Assembly: GCA_965198235.1 (NCBI GenBank)
Contig: OZ240248.1
Span: 4,032,001 to 4,096,000, forward strand
Source of the DNA: Candidatus Poribacteria bacterium
GTDB lineage: Bacteria; Poribacteria; WGA-4E; WGA-3G
DNA length: 64,000 nucleotides
Direction of reading: 5' to 3'
The notes under the pieces were generated by a model, which worked only from the letters and a program-made list of their open reading frames with translations, did no database searches and was not told where the DNA came from. Below are positions 59,043 through 64,000 of the stretch, piece by piece (the first letter of the stretch is position 1; each line of letters begins with the position of its first letter). The position numbers and the translations under genes were made by a program.

Positions 59043-60218
59043 CTATCCAATCTCTTTATCCAACTCCTCCTGACTCATTTCCTGTACAAATTTGAGAGTA
59101 ATTTCCGAGTCTTTTCCCTCTTCAAAAATCCCCTCTTCAAATGCTCTTATCAACACATTACCGCACCGCTTATTCACGTCTCTCGGTGTTCCGCGTTGCA
59201 AGTTAGACAGGAGTGCCCGGAGTGCCTCTTCCGTAAACGGAAAATAAGGTGTTTTTGGCTTTTCTTGGGGTCTGTAGTAAGAGAGAAGCTCACGGACATA
59301 TTGCAGCATCTTTTCTTGATCTTTCATTTCGTCAAAGAAAACATGTCGAGTAATCCGGTCAGTGAGATAACCTCCAAGAATCAGTTCAATTTCTTCATAC
59401 TCCTCCGGCGAAGTAAGCGTGAAATTCATGAAAAGTGTGAAGAAATAGGGAAGCCGATCTACGAGTTCACGCAATCCTTGTCCAAAAGGCCGGTATTGTG
59501 GCGGTGTAAAATAAATGAAATTCTCCATTTCATCAACCCATAGGCAGAATCGATTGTGCTGGGCTACATCAGTGGATTCAGATAACCCTATAAGACAGTG
59601 AAAAACGCCTGCCAATACCCGAAAATAGTCTTGCGTTTTCGCAATGTTTCGGTTTAAGCCAAGTTTTCGCAATTCCGTAGTCGTGCATTTGCCAAGGAAG
59701 TAGGCACTTAACAGCGAACTAGGCCCCGGAGAGATTGGTGAATCTTCAAATAAATTAAGCAATGCATTCGCGAAATCACCACTCACCATAATTTGACGAA
59801 GGTTTCGTTCAACTATATCCCGCCCAATAGATTCCACATTTTTTTTCACTGCCTCCGCTATTCGATCAAGTCCAATCTGTTCCATGACATCCAAATAAAA
59901 ATCCCTTGCAGGATTCCCAGCTTCGGTAGGTGCCTGAACTCTGAGAACCTCCACATTCTGGACGCTCGGTGATGTCTCAGGAATATTTTTGTCGGAACTA
60001 AAGAAAAGTGAAGCATGTGTTTTACCTCCACCAATAGGACCTCGGCATAACACCACCTGCGTTGGTGACGATGCTTTGGCTTCCCGAAAGACCCTATTAA
60101 ATTCACCTCTGATCACATCCATACCTGCCCAAATTACCTGTTTAGGGTCAGTTGGAGGACTAATCGTAAAGGGGTTTTCCCGTAAACAGGCTATATTCCA
60201 ATCAACCAAGAATTTCAT
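59043..60218 (-). CDS. AAA+-like P-loop ATPase (uncharacterised, probably defence)
   Basis: ENPF, Walker A GPIGGGKT, Walker B LWVDEMEN, DRI arginine-finger candidate, GTPR. Confidence 0.85.
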   Translation of the reverse strand: MKFLVDWNIACLRENPFTISPPTDPKQVIWAGMDVIRGEFNRVFREAKASSPTQVVLCRGPIGGGKTHASLFFSSDKNIPETSPSVQNVEVLRVQAPTEAGNPARDFYLDVMEQIGLDRIAEAVKKNVESIGRDIVERNLRQIMVSGDFANALLNLFEDSPISPGPSSLLSAYFLGKCTTTELRKLGLNRNIAKTQDYFRVLAGVFHCLIGLSESTDVAQHNRFCLWVDEMENFIYFTPPQYRPFGQGLRELVDRLPYFFTLFMNFTLTSPEEYEEIELILGGYLTDRITRHVFFDEMKDQEKMLQYVRELLSYYRPQEKPKTPYFPFTEEALRALLSNLQRGTPRDVNKRCGNVLIRAFEEGIFEEGKDSEITLKFVQEMSQEELDKEIG

Positions 60219-60850
60219 GACTTACCTCGTTTTCTCACAGATGGCAAAACTTTAAGCATACTCTCTAATTCCTTGAGACAATCGCGACACTTACTAAGAC
60301 GCTTCGTCATCTCCTGTTGCGTTCCGGCAATATGAGGATTTATAAGTCGTAAAGCCGAATCAGCCTGAGCGTACGACCACTTTGGAAACATAACAAGATA
60401 GATATGCAGCAGCAACTCCAGCGAAGTCCAAGTTCTTGTTGTTTTGAAGCGATTCTTGTACCAATCAATCAGACCTCGATGTGCCTTCATGTCGTCTGTC
60501 AACATAATAACTTGTCCTGCATATCGTCTCCGAACCAGATAAAGCGCAAGCGCACAGTTATAACGTTCTCCACGATTGTTAGATGGGTTGCCATTTGGCG
60601 AAAATTTGTTAAAAATCAAGTCCTCATAATCCTGCTCATGGGGAAAATATCGCCTCGCTTGACGCACGAATTGTAGCATCGGTTTGTCGTAGCATCCTAA
60701 TTTATTTCTATTTCGCCTGATTTCGTGTGGAATTTCTCGTGAGACTTGCACATTGAACAGTTGATTTAAAATATCAATAATGTGGGATCGGCCTACGTAA
60801 ACCTCATGTATGTTTATGAGCGAAGATGTATCAGGAATCAGAATATCCAT
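60215..60850 (-). CDS. PIN-like domain protein (putative nuclease)
   Basis: ILIPDTSSLI, HEI, RGE..CALA, LTDD acidic set; ATGA coupling to the ATPase. Confidence 0.7.
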   Translation of the reverse strand: MDILIPDTSSLINIHEVYVGRSHIIDILNQLFNVQVSREIPHEIRRNRNKLGCYDKPMLQFVRQARRYFPHEQDYEDLIFNKFSPNGNPSNNRGERYNCALALYLVRRRYAGQVIMLTDDMKAHRGLIDWYKNRFKTTRTWTSLELLLHIYLVMFPKWSYAQADSALRLINPHIAGTQQEMTKRLSKCRDCLKELESMLKVLPSVRKRGKS

Positions 60851-60860
60851 AAGCCTTGGG

Positions 60861-61958
60861 TTAAGTTGGCAAAAAAATAAGATATGACTCATTTTCACGG
60901 TGGGAAAACCGGACTGCATACTGTGTATCAGGCTCTTTAGAACACGCGTCTAGATCCGCATGAAGCTCCTCAAGGTTCACCGCGATTCTGTTATCCCCTG
61001 TGAGAAGGAGTGCCATATAAATGAGTGCCGGATATAAAGAAATCTTCGGCGTAGGTGTGTTCCGGAGCGTTTCAAAGGCTTGAAAAGTGAGTTTGTGAAG
61101 CAGATATTTTTTTTCTAAATCATGTATTTCTGTCCATCGTCGATCAATTGTGCCCATAAGGACCTGTGCAGCAATGCCAAAGAATTGCTCCCGCAACCAC
61201 ACCGGACTTGTGTGAAAAGTCGGCATTCCTTGAATGTTCGGAAGAGACCGAGAAAACTGAATCCCCATCTCTGTTAATCGAGACCGTGTTTCCCCGTCAT
61301 TCTCAACTGAGACCAAACCAAGGTCTGCCAACCAATGAATCCGCGGTGGTACAATATTTTCGATAGAACGTCTTGACCCTTCCTTCCAATGTGACACGCG
61401 GTTCCGGACTGCCAAGATGTCACGTGCTACATGCTCTTCCGCTGTCAGCATACGGGCTTGCAATTGTTGCAGATAAAACGCGGGGAAAGCGTTTTGCAAA
61501 TCGGATAGAGGTTGAGAACGCTTTCCTACCAACATTCTAATAATTGTGAGCAGTTGATCGCTATCCTTCAAAAGAAGCCAATATAGATACGCACAGCGTT
61601 CCGCGTTCGTCAGTTCAAACGGATTTTGATGAGGAGCTCGACACAGAAAAGGGAGCAATGCCTTTCCAAATCGAGTCACACGGTACGCGCCAGCGATTCT
61701 ACCGACGAGGCCCAACGAAACTGCCAAATTAGTGTAGCGTTTTGGACCCGTTTGCCCGCGTGTCGCTTTAATAAAGCCCTGTTGATTCGCGTAAGCCATC
61801 AAATTTTTCTCACGATCAAGGCTCCATTTTTCAAGCCGAGTATAAAGCATAGATTCGCTTAATGTACTATGCTCAAGTAATTGTAGAATTGCAGAGACAT
61901 AACCTAAGCGGCGAACAAGTACATTAATGTCTGTGATTCCAGCTTCATATTTAGGCAT
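60861..61958 (-). CDS. Hypothetical protein with tandem winged-helix-like domains
   Basis: LAVSLGLV...YRVTRFG and RIHWLADLGLV...RLTEMG wing motifs. Confidence 0.65.
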   Translation of the reverse strand: MPKYEAGITDINVLVRRLGYVSAILQLLEHSTLSESMLYTRLEKWSLDREKNLMAYANQQGFIKATRGQTGPKRYTNLAVSLGLVGRIAGAYRVTRFGKALLPFLCRAPHQNPFELTNAERCAYLYWLLLKDSDQLLTIIRMLVGKRSQPLSDLQNAFPAFYLQQLQARMLTAEEHVARDILAVRNRVSHWKEGSRRSIENIVPPRIHWLADLGLVSVENDGETRSRLTEMGIQFSRSLPNIQGMPTFHTSPVWLREQFFGIAAQVLMGTIDRRWTEIHDLEKKYLLHKLTFQAFETLRNTPTPKISLYPALIYMALLLTGDNRIAVNLEELHADLDACSKEPDTQYAVRFSHRENESYLIFLPT

Positions 61959-62381
61959 TTGGCAACCTGCCTGTCAGGGTGTAACCATGAAGAAACTTAG
62001 TCAGACAAAGGGAACAACGACCCACCATTTGGAGGGTCTATCTAACTATTAGTATTGCAGAAGTACGAGGAAACTTCTTAACCACGCGCTACTACAATCA
62101 AGAATAATAGTATACCAAATTTTCCAAACAATCTCAAGAAAAAGATTAATAATCTACGGGCATATAGCTTTCGATCTATAATTCTTAAGTTCAGAGTAGT
62201 GTAATTCCGGCAGTAATGGCAGTGCTACGGAATACTGCTCTCCTGATATTGTGCCTTGAAATACAAATTTACTGTGCCGATGATGCGTTATTTCGCCTCA
62301 TATTCACAGCAGACGCTCGCATTCATCGAAAACGATTTTAAGACTAATTGTTCCTGACACTTCGCGCATGTCCAATGCACG

Positions 62382-62411
62382 TTGACTTCTTTTGAACATA
62401 TAAAGTATAAT
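62382..62411 (+). promoter_or_regulatory. Sigma-70-like promoter, probably leaderless
   Basis: TTGACT-18 bp-TATAAT, ATG 7 bp downstream, no SD sequence. Confidence 0.55.
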
Positions 62412-62418
62412 AAGTTAT

Positions 62419-63357
62419 ATGGAGAATTTCTTAACAACTGAACACATAACTCCACCACAACTGACGAATCCTTCTTTCTCGGGTCATCAGACTTTTCCGT
62501 TTCGGTATACATGGCTGAAAAAAGGTGTTGATGCTGTAATAGAAAATCCGACTGTCTTTTCATCGGAAGATGCCTCCGTTACTTTAGGCGTTGGAAAAAA
62601 CATGGTAAGCTCTATTCGACATTGGTGTACCGTCGCTAGACTCATTAAGGCGGATCCGCACCAGCGTAGAAGGCTTGTTCCGACTGAACTCGGCAAAGCC
62701 ATTTTTAACGACAAAAATGGCTTTGATCCATACCTTGACGATCCAGCAACCCTGTGGCTGATTCACTGGCAGATCACAACGAACATCAACCAAGCAACTG
62801 CATGGTATTGGGCATTTAACGTTTTGAGAAAAAATCAATTCACATCCGATACATTTAAAAAACAAGTGTCCGAGTGGACACAGCAACATAAAGCCTCCGC
62901 GCGACCGGTCTCTGACAACACACTTCAACGGGATATCCATTGCTTTATCCGAACCTACTGCCAGTCACGTCATACCACTGCCGTAGTCGAGGAGAGCTTT
63001 GACTGTCCGCTCGCCGAACTTAACCTAATCGCCGAATCACCAGAAGGTAATGGGTATGAATTCCAACGAGGAGAAAAAGAGACACTATCGTTTGAAGTTT
63101 TTACAGCGACGCTCGTCGCATTTTGGGATCTTTGTTTTTTGGGCAGGGATGCCTTACCATTTTCAGACCTGATGTATGCCCCCTTAAGTCCCGGACGAAT
63201 CTTCAGGTTAGACGAAGACACAATGACAGCATATCTTGAAAACCTTACGCAACTTACTAATGAAGCCCTGCAATACGATGAAACCGCAGGTTTGAAACAG
63301 GTCTATCGACGGGACAATCTAAACCTGATGAAACTCTTAGAGAGGCATTATGGATAA
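62419..63357 (+). CDS. sspB: DUF4007 family protein (SspB-like / BREX type 4-associated)
   Basis: FSGHQTFPFRYTWLKKG, LGVGKNMVSSIRHW, FDPYLDDPATLWLIHW, CPLAELNLI, DETAGLKQ. Confidence 0.85.
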   Translation: MENFLTTEHITPPQLTNPSFSGHQTFPFRYTWLKKGVDAVIENPTVFSSEDASVTLGVGKNMVSSIRHWCTVARLIKADPHQRRRLVPTELGKAIFNDKNGFDPYLDDPATLWLIHWQITTNINQATAWYWAFNVLRKNQFTSDTFKKQVSEWTQQHKASARPVSDNTLQRDIHCFIRTYCQSRHTTAVVEESFDCPLAELNLIAESPEGNGYEFQRGEKETLSFEVFTATLVAFWDLCFLGRDALPFSDLMYAPLSPGRIFRLDEDTMTAYLENLTQLTNEALQYDETAGLKQVYRRDNLNLMKLLERHYG

Positions 63358-64000
63358 CACCCCTTTGTCAAAACTTTTTCAGATTAAGGGTCGTTTTAAG
63401 CGTTCAGTTCATCTGGAACGCGATTTCTACACGGAGAACGCCTTAGATGGGTACATTTTGACCGTTACCGCGCGCGAGATGCTATCGCGTGTCATTGCGA
63501 CGCTTGAAAATGAGACAACATCGAAAGTTTGGTCCCTCACCGGTCCTTACGGGTCAGGAAAATCAGCATTTGCACTTTTCATAGCGAAACTCCTCGGAGA
63601 TCCTAATATTCCCGCAACTCGACAGGCTTTAAAAGTCTTAAAAGATGGAGATACCGCACTACATAAGCAATTTATGGATGCAAAGCTTAACGGAAATTGG
63701 TCGTTATCGGGATTTTGTCCTGTGCTTATCTCTGGAGAGCGCGCCCCACTCTCAATTGCCCTTCTGCGTGGTTTAGAACAAGGACTCAAAACCTCTGAAT
63801 TTCTGTCTGTTGGCTCACTTCAACGGAAGATCAGAAAACTATTGAGAACAGCAGCGAACGGCACACCTCCACAGGCATCTGAAATTACTGCTCTTTTTGA
63901 ATTAGCAACGAGTACTATTGGGGAAAACGGTGGCCAGGGTTTACTATTAGTGATCGATGAACTTGGCAAGTTCCTCGAGTATGCTGCACAAGACCCTGTA
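63350..64000 (+). CDS. SspC/BrxC-like ATPase, N-terminal part (runs off the window)
   Basis: Manual translation RFKRSVHLERD, TGPYGSGKS Walker A, LLVIDELGKFLEYA Walker B; overlaps the DUF4007 stop. Confidence 0.85.
   Translation, partial: MDNTPLSKLFQIKGRFKRSVHLERDFYTENALDGYILTVTAREMLSRVIATLENETTSKVWSLTGPYGSGKSAFALFIAKLLGDPNIPATRQALKVLKDGDTALHKQFMDAKLNGNWSLSGFCPVLISGERAPLSIALLRGLEQGLKTSEFLSVGSLQRKIRKLLRTAANGTPPQASEITALFELATSTIGENGGQGLLLVIDELGKFLEYAAQDPV

Noticed and set aside
59043-61958. Naming the triad as SspFGH, DndFGH or BrxD/BrxHI
   Set aside because: No helicase is present and I cannot match sizes or motifs from memory; a profile search is needed
62192-62241. Imperfect inverted repeat in the divergent intergenic region of the defence island
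   Set aside because: Too imperfect to call an operator or ncRNA without conservation data
1-64000. CRISPR array, tRNA or rRNA genes
   Set aside because: No regularly spaced repeat-spacer series or recognisable structural RNA gene was seen; the repeats are dispersed or short tandem units

Overview
Bacterial chromosomal window, probably from Candidatus Poribacteria or a relative. This is inferred from a LamG protein ending in AVNPKDKLATSWGKIK, many SDR/Gfo/AKR/DUF1080/FGE-like/Uma2 genes and a dense set of short intergenic repeats. From left to right it holds: (1) sugar-acid catabolic genes, an orphan adenine MTase, tandem MacB-type permeases and a PPi-type PFK (1-13.2 kb); (2) a decayed type I restriction-modification island in which hsdM, hsdS and hsdR each lack large parts and are interleaved with an ABC-ATPase/TOPRIM-like pair, toxin-antitoxin (TA) remnants and metabolic genes (13.2-24.2 kb); (3) an mfd-PPIase-PPIase-surA-lptD operon whose LptD carries a ~440-aa parvulin-domain insertion (24.3-37.8 kb); (4) mixed housekeeping and metabolic genes, including an orphan Rad50-like ATPase, folD, mutY and a SpoIVB-like peptidase behind a candidate sigma-54 promoter (38-57.9 kb); (5) the start of a defence island, with TA remnants, an intact three-gene winged-helix/PIN/AAA+ operon, and a divergent DUF4007 plus ATPase pair resembling SspB/SspC or BREX type 4, cut off by the window end. 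The best candidates for something undescribed are the wHTH-PIN-ATPase module and the LptD-PPIase fusion. No rRNA, tRNA or CRISPR array was seen. All calls come from reading motifs by eye; no database searches were run.
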